From: Octopus vulgaris
Taxonomy: Eukaryota
Direction: 5' to 3'
DNA: 64,000 nt
Assembly (NCBI GenBank): GCA_951406725.2
Contig: OX597818.1
Span: 95,418,001 to 95,482,000 of the forward strand
Below are positions 1-11,968 of the stretch, one piece after another. A program made the translations under genes and the position numbers. The notes below the pieces were generated by a model, which searched no databases, was not told the origin of the DNA, and worked only from the letters and a program-made list of their open reading frames with translations. Positions within the stretch are counted from its first letter, which is position 1. Each line of letters opens with the position of its first letter.

Positions 1-88
1 AAAAAAAAAGCATTTGGCCAAATTTGGACATAGGACAGTTTAACATAATAGCAACTATATGTATCTATGTGTATGTATATATATATGC

Positions 89-124
<36 letters not shown>

Positions 125-492
125 CTCATGGCTGGCTATATATATATATCATTTAAAAAATGATGATGATGATGATGATATATATATATATATATATCAT
201 CATCATCATCATCATCATTGTTTAAACGATATATATATATAGCCAGCCATGAGCTGTCAACTCACTTTGCTATTTATTCTAAATATACAGTTTTCTAGTC
301 TCAGATTTTAGTTGAGGATAAGGAGATAAATAAATTGGAAATGGATTACATCCCTATGACCCCTACTGTGTTCCATACTACTCTAAAAAAATTGTAGTCT
401 GTTCTCTTAGCTATTCCTGCTTCAATAGCAACATGTTAAAATATTTGAGAAAATTATAGTAATGTATCTTATCTGTTGAAATTCCATATTTG

Positions 493-580
493 TGCAGCTG
501 AAGATAGCGCTGTATTTAAAAATTGATGTAATGATTGCATTGTTCAATTAAATGGAGCCTCTTGAAATGGTCATGCTGCA
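493..580 (+). ncRNA. Degenerate hammerhead-like motif
   Basis: TGCAG-CTGAAGA-(59 nt)-GAAA-TG-GT-CA-T-G-CTGCA; stems I and III pair, but position 17 is G. Confidence 0.45.
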
Positions 581-703
581 TTATTACTTGAAATCCTGTT
601 ACTTATCTTGATTTTATTCACCTTACTTCAAGCTGTGTGGATAATACCAGACTGACTTGTTGCTTCAATTTAATTATATAATTCAACTGAATCTTAATTA
701 CTT

Positions 704-746
<43 letters not shown>

Positions 747-769
747 ACTGTACATATTATATATATATA

Positions 770-802
<33 letters not shown>

Positions 803-862
803 CATCATCATCATATATATATATATATATAAATACATGTATACTTATATTGTTTATTGCAG

Positions 863-1000
863 AGGACATCAGCTCATTCTTCACCAATACAGAGAAAATC
901 AAGATAATATATCGCTATCTCTGTGCTCTTCGTGCCCAGCAATCTGACACCCATATCCCTGGATATCCAAATGCAAAACTCTACCCTGGCAAAAGTTTAT
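863..1000 (+). CDS. ANO10: Anoctamin-10 (TMEM16K) internal exon, first in window; gene starts upstream of window
   Basis: ttgcag acceptor at 861-862, gtaagt donor at 1001; encodes EDISSFFTNTEKIKIIYRYLCALRAQQSDTHIPGYPNAKLYPGKSL, like the ANO10 IPGYPQAKLYPGKSL motif; phase 1-1. Confidence 0.9.
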
Positions 1001-1194
1001 GTAAGTTCTGTATATTTGTTCCAATGTGTTTGTGCGTGTGTGTGAGAGAGAGAGAAAGAGACAGAGACAGACAGATATAGTGTGAAAGAGAGAGAGAGAG
1101 TTTGTGTCTGGATATGGCTATATAGTTACACATACATACATATTTGTATGTGTGTGTGTCTATGAAACTACAGAAGTGTGTGTGTATGTGTGTG

Positions 1195-1625
1195 TGATTG
1201 GTGTGCCAAAACTAATGTAAAAATGGGCTTAATTTTTTAACAAACTATGTGCACATATGATTGTTGTACTTGAAATAAAAGTAGGCCTCACTTTTCTGAG
1301 TGTGTATAATGATTGTACTAAAAGTAATGCATAAATGAGTGAAATTTTTCAGTGTGTGCAAACAGCAGACATCCTGAAAGTAATGCATAAATCAGCTTAA
1401 CCTTTTTGTCTGCACATATAATAGCTGTACCAAAACTAATACAAAACTGGGCTTAACTGTTTAGCAAATTATTGTGAGCGTGTATATATGTGCAAGAATG
1501 CATGTGTGTGTTTGTATGTGTGCATGTGTGCGTGTACAAGGATTGTACCGTAAAGTAATGCAAATGTGGGTTTCACATTGTAGCAAAAGCAATAAAAAAG
1601 TGGGTTTGACTTTTTAACAAACTTT
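1195..1625 (+). repeat. Degenerate minisatellite, about 60-110 bp units
   Basis: recurring gattgtaccaaaagtaatgcaaaaatgggcttaactttttaacaaact + (TG)n. Confidence 0.65.
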
Positions 1626-1761
1626 GTGTGTGTTTGTGTGTGTGTGTGTGTGTTGTATTCAAAGAGATATGAAGACTTGCATTTAACAATGGAACAAATG
1701 AATCACTTACAATTGAGACTATCTTGAGCTGTACTTTTATATAATATAATAATAATAAAAC

Positions 1762-1843
<82 letters not shown>

Positions 1844-2525
1844 TGTGTACAGTGCTCAGGTGCACTACAACTCATCTAAAGTGTATATATAATCAGGTGT
1901 AGTTATATAGAGAAAGAGTTTCTCTATCGACAGATGTAACTTGATGTAATAAAAAGCTATGTCCACTTTTGTATTACTTTTGATACGACCTTGTGTGCCT
2001 CTGTGTGTGTGTGTGTTCTATCTTGGGAGGGTCATTTGACCAATAAGAAATACACTCACTGGTTCTATTTCACTTCTTTTTATTATTATTAATCAACTAA
2101 AGGCAGTGAACTAGCAGAATCATTAGTAGGAAGGGCAAAATGCTTAATGGCATTTCATCTGCCATTACATTCTAAGTTCAAATTCTACCAAGGTCAACTT
2201 AGCCTTTCATCTTTCCAGGGTTGATAAAATAAGTACTAGTTGAATAGTGGGGTCAGGATAATTAACTTACCCCAACTCTGATCTTACTGGCCTTGTGCTA
2301 AAATTTGAAACCATCATTATTAATCAACTAATTTGGCATTTCTTTCAGCTCTTTAGAGTCTGAGTTCAGATGCTTCCAAGGTAGACTTTACCTTTTACTT
2401 TTTCAGCGTTTATAAAATAAGAAACCATTCATCCTTGGGGTGATGTAATCAACTTCACCCTCCCCTCAAAATTCCTGGTCTTGCACTAAAATTTGATAGA
2501 CTTATTTATCAACTATTTAACCAAT

Positions 2526-2710
2526 TACCATATTTTAATGTGTATAAGGAACCTTCATGTATAAGGAACCCCCTAATTTTGGGGGCTTAAAATTTGGAAA
2601 AAACTGGTTTTGTAAGGGATTATAATACTATCCATATAAGAAACTCCCATATTTTTTAAACCTAATTTTTGACAAAAAATGGTTCTTTTTATACACGTTA
2701 AAATACGGTA
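2526..2710. mobile_element. Pogo/Tigger-like MITE
   Basis: TIRs taccatattttaatgtgtataa / ttatacacgttaaaatacggta. Confidence 0.65.
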
Positions 2711-2716
2711 ACTCTG

Positions 2717-3123
2717 TGATGTAAAGGAAGGAAAAGATGGAAGCGAAGAGAGAATTACGGTAGTCTTACCTGTCGGTCCAGAAAAAGGGTCACTTTCAAC
2801 ATTCGTGTGCTGTCTCAATCTCCAAGGTTCACTCCATGTCCACTATCCATCACTGTACAGTCTCACACGTCTGCTCTGATGTGCTGTCCACCACCAACTG
2901 GCCCCTCATGCTTCGCTGATGCCGCATGTCCACCGCGGCACTTCCGGTGGGATCCACAGGCCCCACTTCCGACAGGACATGCCTATTCCCTCACTTCCGA
3001 TCCTTCCCTACAGCACAGCCTGGCTCATAGCACCACAAACTCACTGTCTGCTTGATAAATCAGCCAATCAATAATCAGCTGGTTTGTCATTGAATAAACA
3101 TCCCCGATTCTCCTCCTACATCA
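2717..3123. mobile_element. Possible solo LTR
   Basis: GC/CpG-richer island bounded by tgatgta...tacatca; no clear TSD. Confidence 0.35.
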
Positions 3124-3190
3124 AAACTGACCCTCAATTGTCAGCTCCAACCACAGTCAACAATAAATAACTAACCTCTTTTAATTTCAG

Positions 3191-3310
3191 TACGTAAGTT
3201 CAAGAGTGCTGGGATTATTGAGCATGTGTACCCTCTTCATGATGTTGAAAAGTTGAAATTTTTAAAAACCAGCTGGGACTGGAAGTCTTTCTTCCGTCAG
3301 TTACCCATGG
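3191..3310 (+). CDS. ANO10: Anoctamin-10 exon (120 bp)
   Basis: tttcag/gtaagt; LRKFKSAGIIEHVYPLHDVEKLKFLKTSWDWKSFFRQLPM, anoctamin (F/Y)PLHD motif; frame continuous with previous exon. Confidence 0.92.
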
Positions 3311-3483
3311 GTAAGTATCTAACAATTAAGCTGTCTGTCTCTCTTATCAGTCTATTCTGTTATTCAGTTATGTCTCTTGTATGGCTACTCACACACACAT
3401 ATAGCTGAAGCTAGCCAGGGAATCATGATGTGGCTCATAATGTTGGTTTTCGGGATGTTTTTTAAAATGTTTAATTTGTGTAT

Positions 3484-3548
3484 ATTCACCTGATGAAAAC
3501 GTTTTTTTCCGCATGATGTAATAATTCTATTCATCAGCTGTAGTGAAT
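3484..3548 (+). ncRNA. Hammerhead-like motif lacking the GAAAC box
   Basis: ATTCAC-CTGATGA...TTCATC-AGCTGTA-GTGAAT; 6-bp stem I perfect; GAAAC absent where expected before AGCTGTA. Confidence 0.45.
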
Positions 3549-3580
3549 GAACCAATATCCATCTGTTGTTATTTGTTTAT

Positions 3581-3669
<89 letters not shown>

Positions 3670-4005
3670 TATATACACACACATTGATGGTAGTCTCTTG
3701 TGGTCGAAGAAAGACAGTTCTGCAATTTCTTGCAGAACAACCAGTGTGAATGATTTATTTATAGTGACCAAAGGCATGTATGGGCATTAGCTTAATCCTT
3801 CCATCAAATCAATGTTGCATGTGCATGGTGTACTATACATCAGCTGCCAAAGCAATCGCAGAGCAACTTGAGATGAAGTGTTTTGTTCAAGAACACAACA
3901 CACCACCTAGTCCAGGCATTGAAACCATGATCTCACAATCTTAAGTGCAACACCCCAGCCACTAGACCATGCATCTTCACATGCACACACTCCTACCTAC
4001 CTACC

Positions 4006-4048
<43 letters not shown>

Positions 4049-4434
4049 GTATGTATATGTATATATCTATATATATATATGGAACATATGGAAGAGGGAA
4101 GCTCAAGAAGACATGGGACAAAGTACTAAAAGATGGCCTCTGGATGCTGAACCTCTCAGATGAGATGAAAAAGGACTGAGATATCTCATGCCTTGCTATG
4201 TCCAGGAGGACTCATCCTCAACACCAATAGTGTTAAGGCCATTCCTCCTGGTGAAGAGGATTGGCCTGCACAAGTCATGTGCTGGTGTTACTTAAAAAGC
4301 ACTTATCCTGTTGCTATGTTGATAGGTTCTATTCTCCTGCCTCTGATTGAGTCTTAAAAAAAAGTTATTCATTTTAAAAACTAATTTCTCCACACGCTGT
4401 AACCAATTCATATCTTTTTCCTTTCTCATTACAG

Positions 4435-5007
4435 ATGACATCAGAGCTTACTTTGGAGAGAAACTGGCCCTTTACTTCTCGTTCCTTATCGTCTACACCT
4501 ATGCTCTCATTGCTCCAGCTATCATTGGCATCATCTATTTAATCACCAGTTGGAATAACATCTACCGAGAAGCCATCTTTGCTGTTTTCAACCTCATTTG
4601 GACAACCATCTTTTTAGAGTTCTGGAAGCGATTCTGTTCAGAACTTACTTTTAAATGGGGCACCCTAAATGAAGTGGTAGAAACTGAGGAACCTCGTCCA
4701 AGCTTCCATGGAGTTTTAGGCACCAACCCTGTGACAGGCCATCCCGAGCCAGTCTATCCTAAGTGGAAACGACAACTGCGATTTTATGGTGTCACAGTTC
4801 CAGTTATATTGTTATGCCTGCTCATTGCCTTTGAAGCGATGTTATTGTATTTCCAAATGCAGGATTGGGCAAACCTTCTCTATGAAAAAGACCCGAGTTA
4901 CCTGAATTATGCCAATATGATGTGTTTCCCCAGCATTGTCTATGCTGTTGCTGTGACTATCATGAATACCTTGTATAACATACTTATCAAGAAGCTTAAT
5001 GATTATG
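4435..5007 (+). CDS. ANO10: Anoctamin-10 large exon (573 bp; N-terminal transmembrane region)
   Basis: ttacag/gtaaga; DDIRAYFGEKLALYFSFL...FLEFWKR...WGT...EEPRPSFHG...NPVTGHPEPVYPKWKR, hallmark anoctamin motifs. Confidence 0.96.
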
Positions 5008-6382
5008 GTAAGACTGTTGTGATAAATAATGCCCCTTGTGTTGGGAACTGTTCTGTAGAATTTATTGGTGGTAAACCTTGTGTTTTATTGTAGCAGACAC
5101 TTTCTTCGGTAGCAATATAGAAACTTTACTATTCTATTTGACCCATGCAAGCATGGAAAAGTATACATTAAAACAATGATGATGTTGATGCCGATGATGG
5201 TATCAGAACACCTTACTGAATTTTTTTTTCCATCTTGTGAGAAGCCTTGTAATATTTTGTGGGAACTTACCTTTACCATATGTGTATATTCATAATTTTG
5301 TGGAGTTCTGAGTTTACATTTCTTTTTTTTTTTAGTTAGGAGGAAGAAGGGTAGATGCTCATAAACTTCACAGACTTCATGATTAATGAGACTGATATGG
5401 TTTGTGTTCAGCTTGAATACTGTAAGTCATCATCTACAGGGGATGGATGTGAAATGAAGGCAAGAAAGGAATTCCAGAAAGTTAACACAATAAGGAAGAA
5501 AGATTTAGAATAGGGATTAGAGTTGAGCTGGGGAAGAGGCACAGTATGAAGAGAAGAAGCAAAACAGGTGTATCAGATGGGTTTGTTTAAAGGTAGTGTG
5601 GATTCAACTAGTTCAAAGGACAGAAGCCACTGTAATAATAATAAAGCAAACTTAGAGGTGAGACAGTATGTTTGTGGGTCAGATATTGTAGTGTGTTGGT
5701 GAGTAAAGATTTGCCAATCAATTCTTTTTGGTGCAGTCTTGAATGTTTGTGTCCATAACAGTAAGCACTGTTCCAGATACAGTAGCATGTCTTGATTGGT
5801 GAGGTATTACTTGAGTAACTACACTCATACATATCCTGAAGGTGGTTACTACAATCATGCCCTGAAGAAGAAGGCAAGTACATGTAGTAACCTGGCATGT
5901 TTGCGCCTCCTTATCAATGTGATACTTGTAAATGAGCACCATACAAATGGTATTCTTCATTTCTAATCTTCCATGAAAGCATGTTTGGCAATGGAGAAAT
6001 ATCACCTTGCTTGAAAGCAGATGAGGATTAGCAACAAGAAACATCCATCTGTTAAAAATTTGTCTCAATGGATTTTATCTGACCTATGTACTCATGGAAA
6101 AGTAAATATTGCTTTCAAATTTTGGCACAAGGTCAGCAATTTTGGACAAGGAATAGGTCAATTAAATCAATCCCAGTGCTCAACTGGTATTTATTTTATC
6201 AACTCCAAAAAGATGAAAGGCAAAATTGATCTTGGTGGAATTTGAACCCAGAAAGTAAAGACAAATGCAATGCCTCTAAGAATTTTGCTCTGCATGCTAA
6301 TGATTCTGCCAGCTTGCCACCTCAGAAAAGTAAATATAAAAACGACGATGATGATGATGATGATGATATATGTGTGTATATA

Positions 6383-8037
6383 ACGGGAAGCTTTATGAAA
6401 ATAGACAAAAGACGAAGGCAGGTTTACGGAAATAAACAAAAGACGAAGGCAGGTGGAATACAAACAAACAATTGTATTAGTATGGCGCTCAGGAAATATA
6501 AATAAAACAAGTCTTTAACGTTTCGAGCCTACGCTCTTCAACAGAAAGATACACAGAGAAAAAACACAGAAAGAAGGAGAGAGAAAAAATATGCGTGCAG
6601 AGGCTAGCGAATCAACATGGCGATCTGATTTCGGCCAGAAGTCAAAGATCAAGCATGAGACGCAAGAGCGAAATTAGGGGAGATAATAGGGTTGAATGAC
6701 CTCGCTCCAACATAAGAGTGTGTGTGTGTGTATGAGAGAGTATTAGTGCGTATGAGAGGTCTGGACGTGTGTATGTATATATGATGTGATGTGTAAAGTC
6801 GTATGGTGTAGTGTAGAGAGAGGAGATGAGGGAAGAGGGAGGAGAGAGGGGGGGAGGGGGAGAAGGAAGGAGAGGAGAAGAGAAGGGGGAGAGGAGGAGA
6901 GGGGGAGAGAGAGAGAAGGAGAGTGAGGGAGCAGAGAGAAAAAGGGAAGGGGAAGAGGGAAGAAGGAGGGAGGGAGAAAGAGGGAAGAAGGGAAGAGGAG
7001 TAGGGGTGAAAGGATGAAGGACTGAAGAGAAGTAGGGGTCGGGGGAAGGTTAGATGGGGAGGGGGGTTAGATGAGGAGGGGGAGAGTTGAGACCAAATGG
7101 CATATAAGAGTGAAGAGAGAAGATTAATTCCTGTTCACGGCACAAACGAGAATCCGGATGGCCTCTGTGTAAGGACAAACCGAACACAGACAGGTGTTGC
7201 AAGGAGCGGAAATGGCGTGAGACCGGTGTGTCGTTTGCAAGGCGGATGTCACGAAGGTGTTCCGCGAACCGGTCAGCCAAGCGGCATCCCATTTGTCCGA
7301 TGTACAGGGAATGGCAGAGAGAGCAAGAGACGCAATAGATAATATTGCTGAAGGTGCAGGTGAAGGAGTTGATGATGCGATAGGGTCAATGATGGGTGCC
7401 AGTGAGAAGGGTGGTGTTGGAGAGGTAAGGGCAAGTGCAGCAATGTGGGCGGGAGCAGGGGAACGAGCCAGGTTGGGAAGTAGGGTCAGGGAAGGAGCTA
7501 TGGACCAAAAGGTCTCGACGGTTATGGGCTCGTTTGAAAGAGGGGAGGGGTCGGTTAGGGAAGATGTGTGAAGTGGACGGGTCGGACTGGAGATGACGGA
7601 AAGCTCGAAGAATGGTGTGTTGGAGAGGTAGGGTCGTGGGGTGGTAAGTGAGGGGAAAAGGGAGACGGGAGACTACAGGGCGGGTTCGGGGAGAGAGAGC
7701 AGATACACGGTCCACGGAACGTGCTCTGGTGAGGGCGGTGTGGATAGTGGTGAGGGGGTATCCACGTAGGATGAAGTGGTGAGCCATACGTTGAGACTGA
7801 GTCTCAAAGTCATGGTCGTCACTACAGAGCCTACGTAGACGGAGGAATTGGGAATAGGGGATGGAAAGCTTGGTGTGTTCTGGGTGGGAGGAAGAGAAGT
7901 TGAGGTATGAGTGTGAGTCTGTGTGTTTATAGTGAATAGAGGTGGTAAGAGTGGAGTGAAGAATGCTAACCGAAATGTCGAGGAAGGAGACAGAGGTGTT
8001 GGAGATAGTGGAAGTGAAGTGGAGGGCTGGATGGAAT
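6383..8037 (-). mobile_element. 5'-truncated Penelope-like retroelement (RT C-terminus + GIY-YIG endonuclease + 3' non-coding tail)
   Basis: ORF 7386-8072: HPALHFT...VSFLDISV...IHYKHTDSHSYLNFSSSHP...IPYSQFLRLRRLCS...RGYP; then NIIYCVSCSLCHSLYIGQMGCRLADRFAEH...R..REQELI...PFGLN (GIY-YIG); frameshifted. Confidence 0.9.
6512..6549 (-). ncRNA. Minimal type I hammerhead ribozyme-like motif at 3' end of the Penelope element
   Basis: minus strand TCTTT-CTGTTGA-A-GAGC(GTAG)GCTC-GAAAC-GT-T-AAAGA: stem I TCTTT/AAAGA, stem II GAGC/GCTC, palindromic ACGT stem III; A6 replaced by U. Confidence 0.6.
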
Positions 8038-8387
8038 ACCCACAAGGGGCTAGACATAGAGGGGACAAACAAGGACAGACAAAGGGATTAAGTCAATTAC
8101 ATCGACCCCAGTGCGTAACTGGTACTTAATTTATCGACCCCGAAAGGATGAAAGGCAAAGTCGACCTCAGCTGAATTTGAACCCAGAACACGTAACGGCA
8201 GACGAAATACGGCTACGCATTTCACCCGGCGTGTGTATATACATGTGTGTTTCCGTGTGTGTGTGTGTGTGTTATTTAATGTAAATACCTCTTGGAAAGC
8301 AAATTTACAGCAGCATTTGTTAGGGGATACATTTTAAGGATATACTGTGTTTAAAAACACAATATACATGTGTATATACATGTGTGT

Positions 8388-8424
<37 letters not shown>

Positions 8425-9053
8425 AATGTAAATACCTCTTGGAAAGCAAATTTACAGCAGCATTTGTTAGGGGATACATTTTAAGGATATACTGTGTTTA
8501 AAAACACAATATACAGCATGTCCATAAGAAATATTATCTTTCGAAAAACAGTGCAGTAAATTTGCTTTTCAAGATGTGTTTACATTAAGTATAATACACA
8601 GCTGACTATTTTAATCAAATATTGCTTCTGTTGCATATAACAGATCAAGAATTAATCTTGTATGGTATTAGACATACCTGTATTTATCTGTGTTGTTCAA
8701 ATACATTCCACTGTCCACTCTTAGTTATCATTCTTAGCTCATTTTTGTTTAAATTATGAAATTATCTATGCCAAAAATGTATTCTGCTCTTTTTTCGTAT
8801 AAGTCTTACTGGAAATGAGGTGATGACAGCTATTGAGCCAAAAACACATTTACATGACTCTCTTCTTATCTCCTAACAATAAGCTAATCCTTTTCCTTAA
8901 TGGCATGTCAGTTCTGGAGAATTCTTGATTCGTGTAATTGAGATTACCACCCCTTTTCACAAGTGGAGCTGACCCTCATTGCCATTTGGTAATTATGATA
9001 CATGCTCTTCTAGAGGCAGAGATAATTTTAATAAATCAATCATTTTTGATGTG

Positions 9054-9091
<38 letters not shown>

Positions 9092-9116
9092 ATGTGTGAT
9101 GCATTTATCTTTACAG

Positions 9117-9172
9117 AAAACCATCGGCTACAGTCTTCCTATGAAAATCATCTTATAGTAAAAATGGTTTCA
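9117..9172 (+). CDS. ANO10: Anoctamin-10 exon (56 bp)
   Basis: ttacag/gtaagt; ENHRLQSSYENHLIVKMVS; phase 1-0. Confidence 0.93.
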
Positions 9173-9383
9173 GTAAGTTACCATAATCTTTGTTTGCTCC
9201 CCCATTTATTTTTATATATATTCTTCACAATGTATTTTCTCTCCATAGAACAGTTGTTGTCCAACTTTGACCACTTTTTATACTTCATGACCTATAAATG
9301 CCCTACACTGTCTACTGTGTCCTAATCTGTCCACCAAATATATTTTATTGTTACCACTCACTGTAATGGATTTTCGTGTGTGT

Positions 9384-9448
<65 letters not shown>

Positions 9449-9483
9449 CGTGTGTGTGTGTGTTCGTGTGTGTGTGTGTGTGT

Positions 9484-9650
9484 GGAAGCAAGTGGCTTAG
9501 TGGTTAGGGTATTGCATTCATGATCATAAGATTGTGGTTTCAATCCTGGACTGAGCGATAGATTGTGTCCTTGAGCAAAACACTTCATTTCATGTTGCTT
9601 CAGTCCCCTCAGCTGGGAAAATGAGTAATCCTGTCACAGATTGGTATCCT
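9484..9650 (+). mobile_element. tRNA-derived SINE family C (others near 3830-3980, 20183-20310, 42130-42230, 49930-50265, 61450-61780)
   Basis: A box gtggcttagtggttagg, B-box-like ggtttcaatcc, then gtgtccttgagcaaaacacttcatttc. Confidence 0.7.
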
Positions 9651-9659
9651 GCCCAGACA

Positions 9660-11750
9660 GTACCCTGGTAGATAAAGCAATTAAGGATATGAAGACAGGA
9701 AAAGCCCATCAGGAATCAGTGCTGAGATGCTTAAAATATCCAGCAGTGTGGGTTATGGTCTAGTCACCCGTATTGTAAATCAGGTGGTTCATGAAGGAGT
9801 AATACCCAATGACTGGTGTAGCAGCACCATAGTCAACTGCTACAAGGGTAAAGGTGATGCCTTAGATAGAAATAATTACAGAGGTTTCAAATTGTTGGAT
9901 CAGGTGATGAAAGTTGCAGAGAGAGTCATAGCCCAACTAATCAGGGAGAGAGTTAGTCTAGATGAGATGCAGTTTGGGTTTGTGTCAGGTAGAAGCACTA
10001 CTGATGTTATATTTCTCATAAGGCAACTGCAGGAAAAATACCTAGCCAAAGATAAACCTCTGTATTTGGCTTTTGTTGACTTGGAGAAAGCTTCTGACAG
10101 AATCCTCCAATCCCTTATCTGGTGGTCAATGCAGAAACTAAGGATAGACGAGTGGTTGGTGAGAGCTGTACAAGCCTTGTACAGGGATGCTATCAGTAGA
10201 GTGAGGGTGGGCAAGGAGTACAGTGAAGAATTCAGGGTACAAGGATTCACCAATAATCGGTGCTCAGTCCCCTCTTGTTCATCATAGTCCACCAGGCAAT
10301 AACAGAGAAATGCAAGACAGGCTGCCCCTGGGAGCTCCTCCATGCTGATGACCTTGCTCTTATAGCTGAATTACTGCCTGAACTAGAGAAGAAGTTCCAG
10401 GCATTGAAACAAGGTCTAGAATCAAAGGGCCTTAGAGTTAACCTAGCAAAAACCAAAGTCATAGTCAGTAGGAAGGCAGACAACTCACAAATCCCCTCAG
10501 ATAGATGGCCCTGTTCAATCTGTAGAAAAGGTGTAGGTAGAAACTCCATAAGATGTACGAAGTGTAGGCTTTAGACACACTAAAGGTGCAGTAAAATCAA
10601 AGGAAGGTTAACAGAAACTATCCTTTGTATGTGGGAGGTGCACAGGCATAGTAAATGCTGAACATGTGCAGAAAATAGACTCTATCAACTGCCAGTGAAG
10701 CAAGCTAGAGGTAGTAGATAGATTCTGGTATCTAGGCAACCAGGTTAGTAGTGAAGGTGGATGTTCTGGGAGCATAGCTGGGAGAATAAGATTAGGTTGA
10801 GCAAAGCTCAGAGAGCTTCTACCCCTGCTAGCAACAAAGGGCCTCTCTCAGAGTGAAAGGCAGATTGTTTGATGTCTGTGTGTGAACAGCAATGCTGCAT
10901 GGCAGTGAAACATGGGTTATAACAGCTTAGGACATGCATAGGCTTGAAAGAAATGAAGTCAGTATGCTTTGCTGGATGTGCAATGTCAGTATGCATGTTC
11001 AACAGAGTGTAAACATCTTGAGAGAAAAGTTAGGCATAAGAGGAACCAGATGTAGTGTGCAAGAGAGGTGACTGCACTGGTGTGGTCATGTGATGCATAT
11101 GGTCAAGGACAGCTGTGTAAAGAAGTTCCGATCTTTAACTGTGGAGGGAACCTGTGGTAGAGGTAGACCCAGGAAGACATGTGACGTGGTGGTGAAGCAT
11201 GATCTTTAAACCTTGAACCTTACAGAGGCAATTACTAGTGACTGAGACCTTTGGCAATGTGCTCTGCTTAAGATGACATGCCAAGCCAAGCACACCCATG
11301 CTGGTGAGTTCCTTTTGAGTGTTGGGCCTCATGAAGGCAAGTGGCTGAGTTCCTTTTGAGTGTTGGTCCTCACAGAGGCGAGGTGACTGAGTTCCTTTCA
11401 AATATTGGACTCCATGGGGGTAAAGTGGTCGAGTTCCTTTCCCGTGTTGGGCCTTACAAAGGCAATGACCAAGACCTTTGGCATTATGTCATGCTTGAGA
11501 AGAAGACCCATCAAGCCAAGCAAAATCACAGTTATGGAAGATACCGATGTCACGTAAATGGCACCCATGCCAGTGGTATGTAAAAACACTCATTACTCTC
11601 TCAGAGTGGTTGGCATTAGGAAGAGCATCCAGCCATAGAAAACCATGCCAAATCAGACTAGAGCCTGGCACAGCCTTCCACTATGCCATCTCAGTCAAGC
11701 CGTCCAACCCATGCCAGCATGGACAACAGATGTTCAACGATGATGATGGT
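9660..11750 (+). mobile_element. 5'-truncated RTE-clade LINE (RT domain, Cys-rich insert, 3' UTR ending in (GAT)n)
   Basis: IPNDWCSSTIVNCYKGKGDALDRNNYRG..LLDQVMKV.ER; QFGFVSGRSTTD.IF; AFVDLEKA; LSPLLF; LLHADDL; later L.W.GHV..M and GRGRPRKT; stops and frameshifts. Confidence 0.9.
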
Positions 11751-11930
11751 GGTGGCGGTGGTGGTGGTGGTGGTGGTGGTGATGATGATGATGATTATTT
11801 GTTAAAATGATATATCAGTGTTATTTTCATTTTTGCATAATTTAGAAGACAATATATTCACTACATCCTATATATATATATATATATATATATATACTTT
11901 ATTTAAAAGCAGCAGAAAATTCAACAAAAC

Positions 11931-11968
11931 CTGTTACTCTGAGTTTCACGTTCCTGTTTGTCGGACAG
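11931..11968 (-). ncRNA. Degenerate hammerhead-like motif inside a 36-bp inverted repeat
   Basis: minus strand CTGT-CCGACAA-acaggaacgt-GAAAC-TC-A-GAG-TA-ACAG; same stem III as 41430 motif; core U4 and G8 altered. Confidence 0.45.

Noticed and set aside
24-242. Numerous ORFs rich in YI/CV/HT/LL/VV dipeptides (also 3543-3790, 11972-12450, 12923-13204, 49039-49366)
   Set aside because: Translations of (TA)n, (TG)n, (TAA)n, (CAC)n and (TGTA)n microsatellites that lack stops by chance.
6826-7017. Glu/Gly/Arg-rich ORF
   Set aside because: Translation of the purine-rich tract in the Penelope 3' non-coding region, opposite strand.
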